Of a stretch of DNA of 64,000 nucleotides, positions 18,596 to 30,437 are shown piece by piece (the first letter of the stretch is position 1; each line of letters starts with the position of its first letter). Under the pieces are notes generated by a model that saw only the letters and a program-made list of their open reading frames with translations, was not told where the DNA came from and did no database searches. This DNA comes from Bradyrhizobium sp. (GTDB lineage Bacteria > Pseudomonadota > Alphaproteobacteria > Rhizobiales > Xanthobacteraceae). Both the position numbers and the translations under genes were made by a program. Where the stretch lies: contig DASREP010000050.1 in NCBI GenBank assembly GCA_035652015.1, positions 11,876 through 75,875 on the forward strand. The letters run 5' to 3'.

Positions 18596-19675
18596 ATGAG
18601 CAGCGGAAAAAAACAATATCGGATCGCGGTCATCCCCGGTGACGGCATCGGCAAGGAGGTGATGCCGGAGGGCCTGCGGGTGTTGGAGGCGGCGGCGAAA
18701 AAGCACGGCGTCGCCGTGCAGTTCGATCATTTCGATTTCGCCTCCTACGACTATTACGAAAAACACGGCCAGATGATGCCGGACGACTGGAAGGAGAAGA
18801 TCGGCAAGCACGACGCGATCTATTTCGGTGCGGTCGGCTGGCCCGCCAAGATTCCCGATCACGTCTCCTTGTGGGGCTCGCTGATCAAGTTCCGGCGCGA
18901 GTTCGACCAGTATGTCAATTTGCGCCCGGTCCGGCTGATGCCCGGCGTGCCGTCGCCGCTGGCCAACCGCAAGCCTGGCGACATCGATTTCTGGGTGGTG
19001 CGCGAGAACACGGAAGGAGAATATTCCTCCGTCGGCGGGCGGATGTTCCCGGATACGGACCGCGAGTTCGTGACGCAGCAGACCGTCATGACGCGGATCG
19101 GTGTCGATCGTATCCTGAAGTTCGCCTTCGACCTCGCGCAGTCGCGGCCGAAGAAGCACCTGACCTCGGCCACGAAATCCAACGGCATCTCCATCACCAT
19201 GCCGTATTGGGACGAGCGGGTGGAGGCGATGGCCAAGAAGTATCCCGGCGTGAAGTGGGACAAGTACCACATCGATATTCTCACCGCCAATTTCGTGCTG
19301 CATCCGGATTGGTTCGACGTCGTGGTCGGCTCCAACCTGTTCGGGGACATCCTGTCCGACCTTGGCCCGGCCTGCACCGGCACCATCGGCATTGCGCCGT
19401 CCGGCAACATCAATCCCGAAGGCGACTTCCCGTCGGTCTTCGAGCCGGTGCATGGCTCGGCGCCCGACATTGCGGGGCAGGGCATCGCCAATCCGATCGG
19501 CATGATCTGGTCGGGCGCGATGATGCTGGAGCATCTCGGCGAGAAGCAGGCGGGCGAGGCCATCGTCACCGCCATCGAGCGCACGCTCGGCGAACGCACG
19601 CTCCGCACCCGCGACCTCGGCGGCAACGCCGACACGACAGCCTGCGGCAAGGCGGTCGCGGACATGGTGGAGTAG
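18596..19675 (+). CDS. tartrate dehydrogenase/decarboxylase (D-malate dehydrogenase family)
   Basis: IPGDGIGKEV, RENTEGEY, TKSNG, NLFGDILSD and EPVHGSAPDI motifs. Confidence 0.92.
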   Translation: MSSGKKQYRIAVIPGDGIGKEVMPEGLRVLEAAAKKHGVAVQFDHFDFASYDYYEKHGQMMPDDWKEKIGKHDAIYFGAVGWPAKIPDHVSLWGSLIKFRREFDQYVNLRPVRLMPGVPSPLANRKPGDIDFWVVRENTEGEYSSVGGRMFPDTDREFVTQQTVMTRIGVDRILKFAFDLAQSRPKKHLTSATKSNGISITMPYWDERVEAMAKKYPGVKWDKYHIDILTANFVLHPDWFDVVVGSNLFGDILSDLGPACTGTIGIAPSGNINPEGDFPSVFEPVHGSAPDIAGQGIANPIGMIWSGAMMLEHLGEKQAGEAIVTAIERTLGERTLRTRDLGGNADTTACGKAVADMVE

Positions 19676-19696
19676 GCGGTTAGCTCGCGTTTTTTT

Positions 19697-19786
19697 GTAG
19701 GGTGGGCAAAGCGTAGCGTGCCCACCGACTTGCTTCATCGTGGATCAGTGGTGGGCACGGCGCTAAGACGCCTTTGCCCACCCTAC
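19697..19786. repeat. GTAG-type REP doublet, copy 1
   Basis: GTAGGGTGGGCAAAG...GTGCCCACC-spacer-GGTGGGCAC...CTTTGCCCACCCTAC; between convergent genes. Confidence 0.92.
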
Positions 19787-19789
19787 GAC

Positions 19790-20701
19790 CTACCCTTTCG
19801 TCACCCGCCGACAATGCTCCCACGCAGCGCCAAGCAAATTCTCGCTCGCCTCCGGCGTGCGGAAGGCCGAATGGGCCGATAGCGTGACATTCGGCAGCTT
19901 GGTCAGCGGATGATCCTTCGGCAGCGGTTCGATGTTGAAGACATCAAGGCCTGCATGGCGGAGGTGCCCTGACTTCAAAGCGTCAATCATCGCGGCTTCG
20001 TCGACGATCGCGCCGCGCGCGGTGTTGACCAGGATGGCGCCCGGCCTCATGGCCGCAATCCGTTCGCGCGAGAGGAAGCCGCGGGTCTCGTCGTCGAGGA
20101 GCAGATGCAGCGAAACGACGTGACTCTCGGCGAGCAGCTTGTCCAATGGCACGAACGCGACACCTGGCGCAGTCTTCGGCGTTCGGTTCCAGGCAATCAC
20201 CTTCATTCCGCTGCCAGAGGCAATGCGCGCGACCTCGGCGGCGATGCCGCCAAAGCCGATCAGGCCGAGCGTCTTGCCGGTGAGCTGCATGCCGTCCTCG
20301 CGCAGCCAGTTGCCGGCACGCATCTCGCGGTCCATCAGCGGAATGACACGTGCGGCGGCCCACATCAGCGCGATCGCGCATTCGGCAACCGCAGTGTCGC
20401 CATAGCCCTTGATCAGGTGCACGGTGATGCCGAGCGCGGCAAGCTCCTCCGGGTTCATGTAGCTGCGCGCGCCGGTGCCCAGGAACACCACATGCTTCAA
20501 CCCGGTGCACTGCCTGGCGATCTCGGTCGGCAGCGCGGTGTGATCGACAATGCCGATCTCGGCACCATTGAGCACGGCCGGCCATTCCTCCGGCTTGAAG
20601 TCGGGGTTGATGTTGATCCCGACCGCGGGATCCCCTGGCTTGCCGAGCCGCTTGAACAGCTCGGCCATGGATTCGCTGGCGTCGACAAAAACTCCGCGCA
20701 C
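19790..20701 (-). CDS. D-isomer-specific 2-hydroxyacid dehydrogenase family protein
   Basis: GLIGFGGIA, VNTARG, GLDVFNIEP and HSAF motifs. Confidence 0.9.
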   Translation of the reverse strand: MRGVFVDASESMAELFKRLGKPGDPAVGININPDFKPEEWPAVLNGAEIGIVDHTALPTEIARQCTGLKHVVFLGTGARSYMNPEELAALGITVHLIKGYGDTAVAECAIALMWAAARVIPLMDREMRAGNWLREDGMQLTGKTLGLIGFGGIAAEVARIASGSGMKVIAWNRTPKTAPGVAFVPLDKLLAESHVVSLHLLLDDETRGFLSRERIAAMRPGAILVNTARGAIVDEAAMIDALKSGHLRHAGLDVFNIEPLPKDHPLTKLPNVTLSAHSAFRTPEASENLLGAAWEHCRRVTKG

Positions 20702-20722
20702 GGTCTTCCTCCGCTGATCTAC

Positions 20723-21973
20723 TCAGGATCCGACGCCGCTCAGCGCCAGCACGGTGTGCAAGAGCACATTGGCCCCCGCGGCGCAGTCGGGCTGCGTGGC
20801 GTCTTCGAGCTCATTGTGGCTGACGCCATCCTTGCAGGGCACGAATACCATCGCGGTCGGAATCGTGGTGTTGAGGTTGCAAGCGTCGTGACCGGCGCCA
20901 GAGGTGATGCGGCGATGGGAATAGCCGAGCATCTCGGCCGCGTTCTGCACGGCATCGACCAGCTTGGGATCGAAATGGGTCGGCGGCTTGCGCCAGATCA
21001 GCTCCAGGCTCACCTCGACCTTGCGCTTTGCTGCGATCTCGGCGACGGCTGCGCGAAGATCGCGGTCGAGCGCGTTCATGATCCCGTCCTCCGACGAGCG
21101 CAGATCGGCGGTGAAGGCGATCTCGCCCGGAATTACGTTGCGCGAGGGGTTGGCGATCACGGCCTCGCCGACGGTGCCGACAGCATTGGGACCATGCTTC
21201 CTGGCGATCGTTTCCACCGCGAGCACGATCTCGGCCAAGGTCGCCAGCGCATCGCGGCGCAGCGGCATCGGCGTCGAGCCTGCATGGCTCTCGAAGCCGG
21301 TGATCTTGCCGTCATACCACAGCACGCCCTGGCCGGAATCGACCACGCCGATGGTCTTGTGCTCGGCTTCCAGGATCGGGCCCTGCTCGATATGCAGCTC
21401 GACGAAGGAGCCGAGTTTCTGCGTGCCCACCGGCGTGTCGCCGCGATAGCCGATGGCATCCAGCGCCTGGCCGACCGTGACGCCCTCGGCATCCTTGCGC
21501 GACAAAATATCGTCGGTCGTGAAGTCGCCAACATAGGCCGCGGAGGCCATCATCGCCGGCGCGAAGCGCGAGCCTTCCTCGTTGGTCCAGTTGACGATGC
21601 AGAGCGGCGCTTCGGTTTCGATGCCGGCATCATTGAGCGTGCGAACCACCTCGAGCGCGGCGAGTGTGCCGAGGATGCCGTCGAACTTGCCGCCCGTCGG
21701 CTGGGTGTCGAGATGCGATCCGAGGCCGACCGGTGGCCTCGTCATGTCGCGGCCCTTGCGCAAGCCAAACATCGAGCCGAGCGCGTCGACCTTCACCTCC
21801 AGGCCAGCCGCTTCGCATGCCCTACGGAACCAGTCCCGCACCTGCTTGTCCTCGGCCGACAAGGTCAGGCGCCGGACGCCGCCCTTCGGCGTGGCGCCGA
21901 ACTTTGCGGTCTCATGGATCGTGTCCCACAGGCGGCCGGAATCGATCTGCAGGTTGCTCGCGGCTCGGCTCAT
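20723..21973 (-). CDS. M20 Zn-dependent amidohydrolase (N-carbamoyl-amino-acid/allantoate hydrolase family)
   Basis: GSHLDTQPTGGKFDG, NEEGSRF, ELHIEQGP, HAGSTPM and SGAGHDA motifs. Confidence 0.93.
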   Translation of the reverse strand: MSRAASNLQIDSGRLWDTIHETAKFGATPKGGVRRLTLSAEDKQVRDWFRRACEAAGLEVKVDALGSMFGLRKGRDMTRPPVGLGSHLDTQPTGGKFDGILGTLAALEVVRTLNDAGIETEAPLCIVNWTNEEGSRFAPAMMASAAYVGDFTTDDILSRKDAEGVTVGQALDAIGYRGDTPVGTQKLGSFVELHIEQGPILEAEHKTIGVVDSGQGVLWYDGKITGFESHAGSTPMPLRRDALATLAEIVLAVETIARKHGPNAVGTVGEAVIANPSRNVIPGEIAFTADLRSSEDGIMNALDRDLRAAVAEIAAKRKVEVSLELIWRKPPTHFDPKLVDAVQNAAEMLGYSHRRITSGAGHDACNLNTTIPTAMVFVPCKDGVSHNELEDATQPDCAAGANVLLHTVLALSGVGS

Positions 21974-22021
21974 GCTGCTCTTCCTTGAACGCCATTGTTC
22001 GGTGCACGAGGCGCAAGCGCC

Positions 22022-22963
22022 TCATGCTTTCTCAAGCAAGGCTGTTCCATGACCCGCAGGGGCGTTCGCGTCAACCGACATGCTCGTATGCGCGATCTGC
22101 CCGGCGAGATTGGCGACGCGTTCGACGGCGATTTCCTCCGGAGAGGCGAGCCAGGCGGCGCAGAAGGTCAGCGGCTGGATCTGGAAGTCGGTCTTGAGCT
22201 CCTGCAGCCGGCCGTCGGCGAGTTCGTTCTCCACGATCGCTGCGGGAATGACGGCGATGCCCAAGCCCTCGATGGCCATGTGGATCACGGTCGCGAGCGA
22301 GGCGCTGGCGTGCAGGCGGATCGGCGGCAGGTCGGGGCGGTTGAACAGCGCGCGCACCGTCTCATAGGGCTGGGTCTTGCGCGCAAAGGTGATGATCGGG
22401 AATTTCGCCAGCTCCCGGATCGAGAACGGACCGTTCCCGAGGCCGAGCGTGGGGCTGGTCATGCAGCTCACCGGATAATCGCATAGCACGCGGTTGCGCA
22501 CGCTTGGGCCGGACAGCGGACCCAGCACGAAGGCAAGCTCGATCTCCTGCGCCAGCAGGCGCGCGCTCAGATTGGTCGTGATGTCGACCTCGATCTCCAG
22601 TGACAGGTTCGGATAGGTGCTGTTGACGCTCTTGATCAGCCGCGGCAGCCAAGTGTGCACGATGGTCTCGGCGACGCCCAGTCGCAGCGCGCCGCGCATG
22701 GCGGTGCGCTCGCCGACCTCGGCCATCATTTCCGAGCGCAGGCCGATCAGCTTTTCGGCGTAGACCATCATCCGCCGGCCGCTTGGGGTCGGCGAGGCCA
22801 CCCGATGGTCCCGGTTCAGGAGCTTGACGCCCATCTCGCGCTCAAGCTGGGCGATGCGCTGGGAAATCGCTGGTTGGGTGGTGTTAAGCCGTTGAGCGGC
22901 CCCGCGAAAACTGCCGAGCTTCACCACCCAGAGAAACGTCTCGATCGACCTGAAATCCAGCAT
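22022..22963 (-). CDS. LysR-family transcriptional regulator
   Basis: [27 protein letters not shown] followed by a substrate-binding domain. Confidence 0.95.
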   Translation of the reverse strand: MLDFRSIETFLWVVKLGSFRGAAQRLNTTQPAISQRIAQLEREMGVKLLNRDHRVASPTPSGRRMMVYAEKLIGLRSEMMAEVGERTAMRGALRLGVAETIVHTWLPRLIKSVNSTYPNLSLEIEVDITTNLSARLLAQEIELAFVLGPLSGPSVRNRVLCDYPVSCMTSPTLGLGNGPFSIRELAKFPIITFARKTQPYETVRALFNRPDLPPIRLHASASLATVIHMAIEGLGIAVIPAAIVENELADGRLQELKTDFQIQPLTFCAAWLASPEEIAVERVANLAGQIAHTSMSVDANAPAGHGTALLEKA

Positions 22964-22998
22964 CGGAGCCCCTGCGTGAAAAGCGCTTGTGACGGATT

Positions 22999-23015
22999 GA
23001 TAAATTGGAATTATC
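22999..23015. promoter_or_regulatory. LysR recognition site (T-N11-A)
   Basis: GATAA-N7-TTATC inverted repeat in the divergent lysR / DUF1445 intergenic region. Confidence 0.7.
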
Positions 23016-23098
23016 GATCTCGATCAAAAACGACGATTAGACTTTATAGCACGATTGAGATTGAGTGGCCATGTCGAGATATTAGGCAGGTGGCTCCC

Positions 23099-23908
23099 AT
23101 GACTGTTTCTGCAGCACAGCAAAGTGAGCAGGATATGCTTCCGAGCCTTGAGGCCCGGCTCGCCTGCCGGAACGGCATGACGTCCACCACCGCCGGAGTA
23201 GCCAACGGATTCGTCCAGGGCAATCTCGCGATCCTTCCCGAGAAGCTCGCGGCTGCCTTCCACCGCTTCTGCCAGCTCAATCCGAAGCCGTGCCCGATCA
23301 TCGGCATGTCCGACGTCGGCGATCCCCGCATCCCGGCGCTGGGCGAGGACCTCGACATCCGCACCGACCTGCCGCGCTATCGCGTCTGGCGCGACGGCGA
23401 AGTGGTCGACGAGCCGACCGACATCAAGAAGTACTGGCGCGACGACCTCGTCAGTTTCGTGCTCGGCTGCTCCTATTCATTCGAGGAGGCGCTGCTCAAC
23501 GAAGGCCTGCCGATCAAGCACATCGAACGCAATCTGCGTGTGCCGATGTATCGCACCAACATTGCCTGCGGCTCCGCTGGTCCCTTCGCCGGTCCGATGG
23601 TGGTATCGATGCGGCCGTTCAAGCCGGCGGACGCGATCCGCGCCGTGCAGATCACGACGCGCTTTCCATCCGTGCATGGCGCACCGGTGCATCTCGGCCA
23701 TCCGCATCTGATCGGCATCAATAACATCACCAAGCCCGACTACGGTGATGCGGTGCCGGTCGAGGACGACGAAATCCCGGTGTTCTGGGCCTGCGGCGTC
23801 ACGCCGCAAGCGGTCATCGCGGCGGCAAAGCTGCCATTTGCCATGACGCATGCACCGGGCCTGATGCTGGTGACGGATTTGCAGAACAAGCATCTGGCTG
23901 TGCTCTAG
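23099..23908 (+). CDS. putative hydro-lyase, DUF1445/YcsI (D-glutamate cyclase) family
   Basis: [43 protein letters not shown] and HAPG motifs. Confidence 0.9.
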   Translation: MTVSAAQQSEQDMLPSLEARLACRNGMTSTTAGVANGFVQGNLAILPEKLAAAFHRFCQLNPKPCPIIGMSDVGDPRIPALGEDLDIRTDLPRYRVWRDGEVVDEPTDIKKYWRDDLVSFVLGCSYSFEEALLNEGLPIKHIERNLRVPMYRTNIACGSAGPFAGPMVVSMRPFKPADAIRAVQITTRFPSVHGAPVHLGHPHLIGINNITKPDYGDAVPVEDDEIPVFWACGVTPQAVIAAAKLPFAMTHAPGLMLVTDLQNKHLAVL

Positions 23909-24055
23909 AGAAGGATCCCAAAGTGCAACGACATTTCGTGCGAATGTCATCGTGCTTCCAAGGGGCGATGCCCTAAAGGGCAGCAGCCGCCGTTTCTTGA
24001 GGCTTTACCGCGAACGCTAGCCGTTCTAGCTCGCGCCAAACAGGGGACTTGAGTG

Positions 24056-25306
24056 ATGAAGATCAGCCGTCGCAATGTTTTGCTTGGAGCCACCGCAGCC
24101 GCAGCACTCGGGCCGATCGCGAGCCGCGCGGACACGCCCGAAGTTGCGATTGGCGTGATCTATCCGCTCTCGGGCTCCAGCGCGCAGATCGGCGTCGATG
24201 CGCAGAAGGCGTTCGAGACCGCAGCCGAGATCATCAACAAGGATTATGATTTCAAGCTGCCGCTCGCCAAGGGCGAGGGCCTGCCGGGACTCGGCGGCGC
24301 CAAGGTAAAGCTGGTGTTCGCCGATCACCAGGCCGATCCGCAAAAGGGCCGCGCCGAGACCGAGCGCCTGATCACCCAGGAGAAAGTCTGCGCCGTGGTC
24401 GGCACCTATCAGAGCGCGGTCGCGGTCACCGTCAGCCAGACTTGCGAGCGCTACCAGATCCCATTCCTGTCCGCCGACAACTCCTCGCCCAGCCTGCATC
24501 GCCGCGGCCTGAAATACTATTTCCGCGCCTCGCCCCATGACGAGATGTTCTCCAAGGCGATGTTCGATTTCTTCGATGCGTTGCGCAAGAAGGGCCAGAA
24601 GATCGAGACGCTGTCGCTGTTCCACGAGGACACGATCTTCGGCACCGATTCGGCCAATGCGCAGACCAAGCTCGCGAATGAACGCGGCTACAAGATCGTC
24701 TCCGACATCAAGTATCGCGCCAATTCGCCCTCGCTCACCGCAGAGGTGCAGCAGCTGAAGGCCGCGGATGCCGACGTGCTGATGCCCTCGAGCTACACCA
24801 CCGACGCGATCCTCCTGGTCAAGACCATGGCCGAGCTCGGCTACAAGCCGAAGGCCATCATGGCCCAGGATGCCGGCTTCTCCGAGAAGGCGACGTATGA
24901 TGCCGTCGGCGACAAGCTCGAAGGCGTCATCTCCCGCGGCAGCTTCTCGCTCGACCTCGCCGAGAAGCGCCCGATGGTCGGCCTCATCAACGAAATGTAC
25001 AAGGCAAAGTCCGGCAAGGACTTCAACGACTATACCTCGCGCCAGTTCATGGGCCTGATCCTGATGGCCGAGGCGATCAACCGCGCCAAATCGACCGACG
25101 GCGAGAAGATCCGCGAGGCACTCGCCGCGACCGACATGCCGGGCGACGTCACCATCATGCCGTGGAAGCGGGTGAAGTACGACGAGATGGGCCAGAACAA
25201 CTACGCCGATCCGGTGCTGCTGCAGTACCTCGGCGGCAAGTTCGTGACCATCGCGCCGCAGGAAGTCGCAGTGTCCGAGGCCGTCTGGCCGATGCCTTCG
25301 AAGTAA
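24056..25306 (+). CDS. Liv-type ABC transporter substrate-binding protein
   Basis: Tat-like signal SRRNVLLG, YPLSG and LivJ-like fold motifs. Confidence 0.9.
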   Translation: MKISRRNVLLGATAAAALGPIASRADTPEVAIGVIYPLSGSSAQIGVDAQKAFETAAEIINKDYDFKLPLAKGEGLPGLGGAKVKLVFADHQADPQKGRAETERLITQEKVCAVVGTYQSAVAVTVSQTCERYQIPFLSADNSSPSLHRRGLKYYFRASPHDEMFSKAMFDFFDALRKKGQKIETLSLFHEDTIFGTDSANAQTKLANERGYKIVSDIKYRANSPSLTAEVQQLKAADADVLMPSSYTTDAILLVKTMAELGYKPKAIMAQDAGFSEKATYDAVGDKLEGVISRGSFSLDLAEKRPMVGLINEMYKAKSGKDFNDYTSRQFMGLILMAEAINRAKSTDGEKIREALAATDMPGDVTIMPWKRVKYDEMGQNNYADPVLLQYLGGKFVTIAPQEVAVSEAVWPMPSK

Positions 25307-25331
25307 ACGAGCGGCGGGGGCGGGGGAAGGC

Positions 25332-26210
25332 GTGACAGCCGAAACGATCATCCAGAGTTTGGCAAGCGGGCTTCTGATGGGCCTGCTCTACGGCCTCATC
25401 GCCGTGGGGCTCGCCCTCATCTTCGGCCTCATGGACGTCGTGAACTTCGCCCATGGCGAATTCTTGATGATTGCGATGTACGCGACGTTCTTCCTGTTCG
25501 CGTATTTCTCACTCGACCCTCTGCTGGCGGCGCCACTGGTCGCTGCCGCGCTGTTCGTGTTCGGCGCGGCGGTCTATCTGTTCGTCGTGCGCTTCGCGGT
25601 TCGCGCCAAGGCCAATACCGGCATGGTGCAGATCTTCTCCACCTTCGGCCTGGCGATTGTGATGCGCGGCCTGGCGCAATTCTTCTTCACGCCGGACTAC
25701 CGCTCAATTGCGCATTCCTGGCTGGGGGGCAAGACCATTTCGGTTGCCGGCATCTTTCTCCCCGAGCCGCAGCTGGTCGGCGCCCTGGTTGCGATCGCGG
25801 CTTTCATCGGGCTTTATTTCTTCATTCACCGCACCGATTTCGGCCGCGCGCTGGAGGCAACCCGTGAGGATGCCGGTGCCGTCGCGCTGGTCGGCATCGA
25901 CAAGAACCGCGTCTTCGCGCTGGGCTGGGGCCTGGGCGCCGGACTGGTGGGACTGGCCGGCGCCATCATGGCGGTGTTCTTCTACATCTATCCCGATGTC
26001 GGAGCGTCCTTTGCGCTGATCGCCTATGTGACGGTCGCGCTCGGCGGCTTCGGCAGCGTATTTGGCGCCTTCGCCGGCGGCATCATCGTCGGCCTGGTCG
26101 AGGCGACCACCGCGATGATCCTGCCGCCGTCCCTGAAATCGGTCGGCGTTTACGCGGTGTATCTGCTCGTCGTCTTCATCCGGCCGCGCGGCCTGTTCGG
26201 GTCGATGTGA
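25332..26210 (+). CDS. Liv-type ABC permease (LivH-like)
   Basis: GLALIFGLMDVVNFAHGE and LGGFGS motifs. Confidence 0.92.
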   Translation: MTAETIIQSLASGLLMGLLYGLIAVGLALIFGLMDVVNFAHGEFLMIAMYATFFLFAYFSLDPLLAAPLVAAALFVFGAAVYLFVVRFAVRAKANTGMVQIFSTFGLAIVMRGLAQFFFTPDYRSIAHSWLGGKTISVAGIFLPEPQLVGALVAIAAFIGLYFFIHRTDFGRALEATREDAGAVALVGIDKNRVFALGWGLGAGLVGLAGAIMAVFFYIYPDVGASFALIAYVTVALGGFGSVFGAFAGGIIVGLVEATTAMILPPSLKSVGVYAVYLLVVFIRPRGLFGSM

Positions 26211-27186
26211 TGGACAAGGATTTTGCCAATCGTCGCCGCCGCGAGCTGATCACGGCCGCCTTTTTTGCTGCGCTTGCGGCCGTCGTGCCGCTGTTCGTCA
26301 AGGACGTTTATGTCCAGAACATCATGGTGCTGACCCTGATGTATGCGGCGCTGTCGCAGGCCTGGAACATTCTGTCCGGCTATTGCGGGCAGATCTCGCT
26401 GGGACACGCACTTTATTTCGGGCTTGGCGCCTACACCACCGCGCTGCTGTTCACCAAGTTCGGCGTGCTGCCGTGGTTCGGGATGCTCGCGGGCGGGGTG
26501 ATCTCGGCGGTCATTGCGATGGCACTCGGCTATCCCTGCTTCCGGCTCGGCGGGCATTATTTCTCCATCGCCACCATCGTCATTGCCGAGATCGCGTTGG
26601 TCCTGTTCCAGAACTGGGACTGGGCGGGGGCTGCGCTCGGCATCGATATCCCAATCCGCCATGACAGCTGGGTCACCTTCCAGTTCACCCGATCGAAATT
26701 GCCCTACTTCTATTTCGCCCTGGTGCTCGCCTGCATCGCCTGGATCGTGACCTGGTGGCTGGAGGATTCCAAATGGGGCTATTGGTGGCGCGCGGTGAAG
26801 GACAATCCGTCGGCCGCTGAGAGCCTCGGTGTCGATGTCTTCAACTCGAAGATGGGTGCCGCAGCTGTTTCCGCATTCCTCACCGCGATCGGCGGCAGCT
26901 TCTATGCGCAGTTCGTCTCCTATATCGACCCCGAAAGCGTGATGGGCTTCCAGTTCTCGCTGCTGATGGCGCTGCCGGCGGTGCTTGGCGGCATCGGCAC
27001 GCTCTGGGGACCGGTGCTGGGCGCAGTGATCCTGATCCCGCTCACGGAGCTCACGCGCTCCTATATCGGCGGCTCCGGACGTGGCGTCGACCTCATCGTC
27101 TATGGCGCGCTGATCGTCCTGATCTCGCTGGCGCGGCCGCAGGGTCTGGTCGGGCTGTTCTCGCGGCAGGCGAAGGCGGTGTCGCG

Positions 27187-27190
<4 letters not shown>
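26207..27190 (+). CDS. Liv-type ABC permease (LivM-like)
   Basis: WNILSGYCGQISLGHA and LGGIGTLWGP motifs. Confidence 0.92.
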
Positions 27191-27901
<711 letters not shown>

Positions 27902-27918
<17 letters not shown>

Positions 27919-28606
27919 AGTCACCACCGCCTATCAGGGGCTGGTCGCCATCTCCTCCGTCTCGATCGAGGTGGAGAAAGGCGAGATCGTCTGCGTCGCC
28001 GGCGCCAACGGCGCTGGCAAGTCGACGCTGTTGAAATCGATCGCCGGTGCCGAGCGTCCGCGCTCGGGCACGGTGAGCTTCGACGGCAGTCGCATCGATG
28101 GCCTCGCCCAGCACCTCGTCACCGCGCGCGGCATCGCCTATGTGCCGGAGAACCGCAGGCTGTTTCCGCGGCTTTCGGTGCGCGACAATTTGCGGCTCGG
28201 CAGCTACCTCTATCGCGGGCAGAGCGACCGGGAAGGACCGCTGGATCTGGTGTTCAAGCTGTTCCCGCGCCTGCAGGAACGTCTCGAGCAGCGCGCCGAG
28301 ACGCTCTCCGGCGGCGAGCAGCAGATGCTCGCCATCGGCCGCGCCCTGATGACGCGCCCGCGGCTTCTGATGCTGGATGAGCCGTCGCAAGGCATCATGC
28401 CGAAACTCGTCGACGAGATTTTCGCGGCCGTGAAACGCATCCGCGACGCCGGCATGACCGTGCTGATCGTCGAGCAGCGCATGGCCGAGTGCCTGGAGAT
28501 CGCCGACCGTGCCTACATCCTGCAAACCGGCCGTGTGTTGATGGCTGGACCGTCGGCCGAGATCAAGGGCAACCCGGACGTAAGGAAAGCGTATCTGGGG
28601 CTGTAG
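27902..28606 (+). CDS. Liv-type ABC ATPase (LivF-like)
   Basis: GANGAGKST, LSGGEQQM and LMLDEPS motifs. Confidence 0.93.
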
Positions 28607-28620
28607 CCTACGGAAGCCGC

Positions 28621-28708
28621 GTAGGGTGGGCAAAGCGAAGCGTGCCCACCAATCCGATTCACGCTCGTTCTGGTGGGCACGGCGCGTGCGCGCCTTTGCC
28701 CACCCTAC
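28621..28708. repeat. GTAG-type REP doublet, copy 2
   Basis: Same arms as 19697-19786 with a different spacer; between convergent genes. Confidence 0.92.
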
Positions 28709-28722
28709 AGCCTGCGGACAGG

Positions 28723-29403
28723 CTAGTGCCCGTGCTCCGGCAGCGTCAGCCCAAAGCTCTTCACCAGATCCGCAATCTGCTCCGGCGACAGAAACCGCGG
28801 GTTCAGCCCACGCAACAATAGATACAGCCTAGCCGTTTCCTCCAGCTCCTCGGTCGCGAACACCGCCGCCTCCAGCGTTTCGCCCGCGACCACCGGGCCG
28901 TGATTGGCGAGCAGCACCGAGGAATATCTCCCCGCCAGCCCCTTGATGGCGTCAGCGACGGCAGGATCGCCGGGCCGATAGTAAGGTACCAGCGCGGTCG
29001 CGCCGCAGCGCATCAGGTAATAGGCCGTCATTGGCGGCAGCGCCGCGCGCGGATCGATGTCCGGCAGCATCGAGACGGCGACCGAATGGGTGGAATGCAG
29101 ATGCACCACGGCGCGTGCGCCGCCGCGGGTCTGGTACAGCGCGCTGTGCAGCGGCACCTCCTTGGTCGGCGCATCGCCGGAGACCAGGCGCCCGACCGCA
29201 TCGAGCCGCGACAATCTGGCGGGATCGAGGAAGCCGAGCGAGGCGTTGGTCGGGGTCACCAGGTAGCTGCCGTCGTCCAGCCGCACGCTGATATTGCCTG
29301 ACGAGCCCGGCGTCAGTCCGCGCTCGAACAGCGAGCGTCCAAACCGGCAGACATCCTCCCGGATCCTGGTTTCGCCGTTCGCTGCTTCCTTCATGGCGGC
29401 CAT
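28723..29403 (-). CDS. otnC: 3-oxo-tetronate 4-phosphate decarboxylase (class II aldolase fold)
   Basis: GSSGNIS, PTKEVPLH, HLHSTH and LANHGP; adjacent to ltnD-otnI-otnK. Start 29403 or 29394. Confidence 0.88.
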   Translation of the reverse strand: MAAMKEAANGETRIREDVCRFGRSLFERGLTPGSSGNISVRLDDGSYLVTPTNASLGFLDPARLSRLDAVGRLVSGDAPTKEVPLHSALYQTRGGARAVVHLHSTHSVAVSMLPDIDPRAALPPMTAYYLMRCGATALVPYYRPGDPAVADAIKGLAGRYSSVLLANHGPVVAGETLEAAVFATEELEETARLYLLLRGLNPRFLSPEQIADLVKSFGLTLPEHGH

Positions 29404-29488
29404 CCTTTTTCCGCCTTGTCTCACGCTTTGGCAGCGCGGCCAAGCCGTGATAGGCAGGAGATAAAGCCGCCATAGAGGGAAACGCCGC

Positions 29489-30403
29489 ATGTCCCAAGCC
29501 GACAAACCTAAAATCGCCGTGATCGGGCTCGGCTCGATGGGCTTTGGGATGGCGACATCCCTGAAGCGCGCGGGCTTTGAGGTGACCGGCTGCGATGTGG
29601 CGGCCGACAGCGTCGCCCGCTTTGTCGCTGAGGGCGGCAAGGGCGCCAAGACGCCGGCCGAGGCAGCGAAGTCGGCCGACATTGTTGTGAGCGTCGTCCT
29701 CAATGCCGCGCAGACTGAAGCCGTCCTGTTCGGCCAAAATGGCGTGGCGGAGACACTGGCCAAGGATGCGGTGTTCGTTTCCTCTGCAACCATGGATCCG
29801 GAGGTCGCGCGCAAACTCGGCGCGCAGCTCGAGGCGACGGGGCGGCATTATCTCGATGCGCCGATCTCGGGTGGCGCGCAGCGCGCCGCGCAAGGCGAGC
29901 TGACGATCCTCGCCTCTGGCAGCCCGGCCGCTTTCGCAAAAGCGCGGCCCGCGCTCGACGCCATGGCGGCGAAATTGTACGAGCTCGGCGACGCCGCCGG
30001 CCAGGGCGCCGCATTTAAGATGATCAACCAGCTGCTCGCGGGCGTGCATATCGCTGTCGCCTCGGAGGCGATCGCCTTCGCCGCGCGTCAGGGGCTCGAC
30101 ATCCGCAAGGTCTATGAGGTGATCACGGCCTCCGCCGGCAATTCCTGGATGTTCGAAAACCGCATGACCCATGTGCTTGATGGCGACTATGCCCCGCGCA
30201 GCGCGGTGGAAATTTTCGTCAAAGACCTCGGCATCATCCAGGACATGGCGCGCTCGGCGCGGTTCCCGGTGCCGGTTGCTGCCGCCGCGCTGCAGATGTT
30301 CCTGATGACCTCAGCCTCCGGCATGGGCCGCGACGACGATGCCTCGGTGGCGCGGATGTATGCCAAGATCGGCGGCGCCAAGCTGCCGGGCGATCAGAAA
30401 TAG
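29489..30403 (+). CDS. ltnD: L-threonate dehydrogenase
   Basis: GLGSMGFGMA, DAPISGG, KMINQLLAGVHI and AGNSWMFENR; cluster context. Confidence 0.88.
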   Translation: MSQADKPKIAVIGLGSMGFGMATSLKRAGFEVTGCDVAADSVARFVAEGGKGAKTPAEAAKSADIVVSVVLNAAQTEAVLFGQNGVAETLAKDAVFVSSATMDPEVARKLGAQLEATGRHYLDAPISGGAQRAAQGELTILASGSPAAFAKARPALDAMAAKLYELGDAAGQGAAFKMINQLLAGVHIAVASEAIAFAARQGLDIRKVYEVITASAGNSWMFENRMTHVLDGDYAPRSAVEIFVKDLGIIQDMARSARFPVPVAAAALQMFLMTSASGMGRDDDASVARMYAKIGGAKLPGDQK

Positions 30404-30437
30404 GCGAGCACCGCGTTACATTCGGAGAGACCGCAAG

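Noticed and set aside
22035-22049. Possible sigma54 promoter TGGAACAGCCTTGCT upstream of the M20 hydrolase (minus strand)
   Set aside because: GG-to-GC spacing is 9 nt rather than the required 10, and it lies inside the lysR 3' end.
23909-24055. Possible riboswitch in the leader of the ABC binding-protein gene
   Set aside because: Only two short hairpins (GACATT/AATGTC and TGCCCT/AGGGCA) and no aptamer consensus that I recognise. An Rfam/Infernal scan would settle it.
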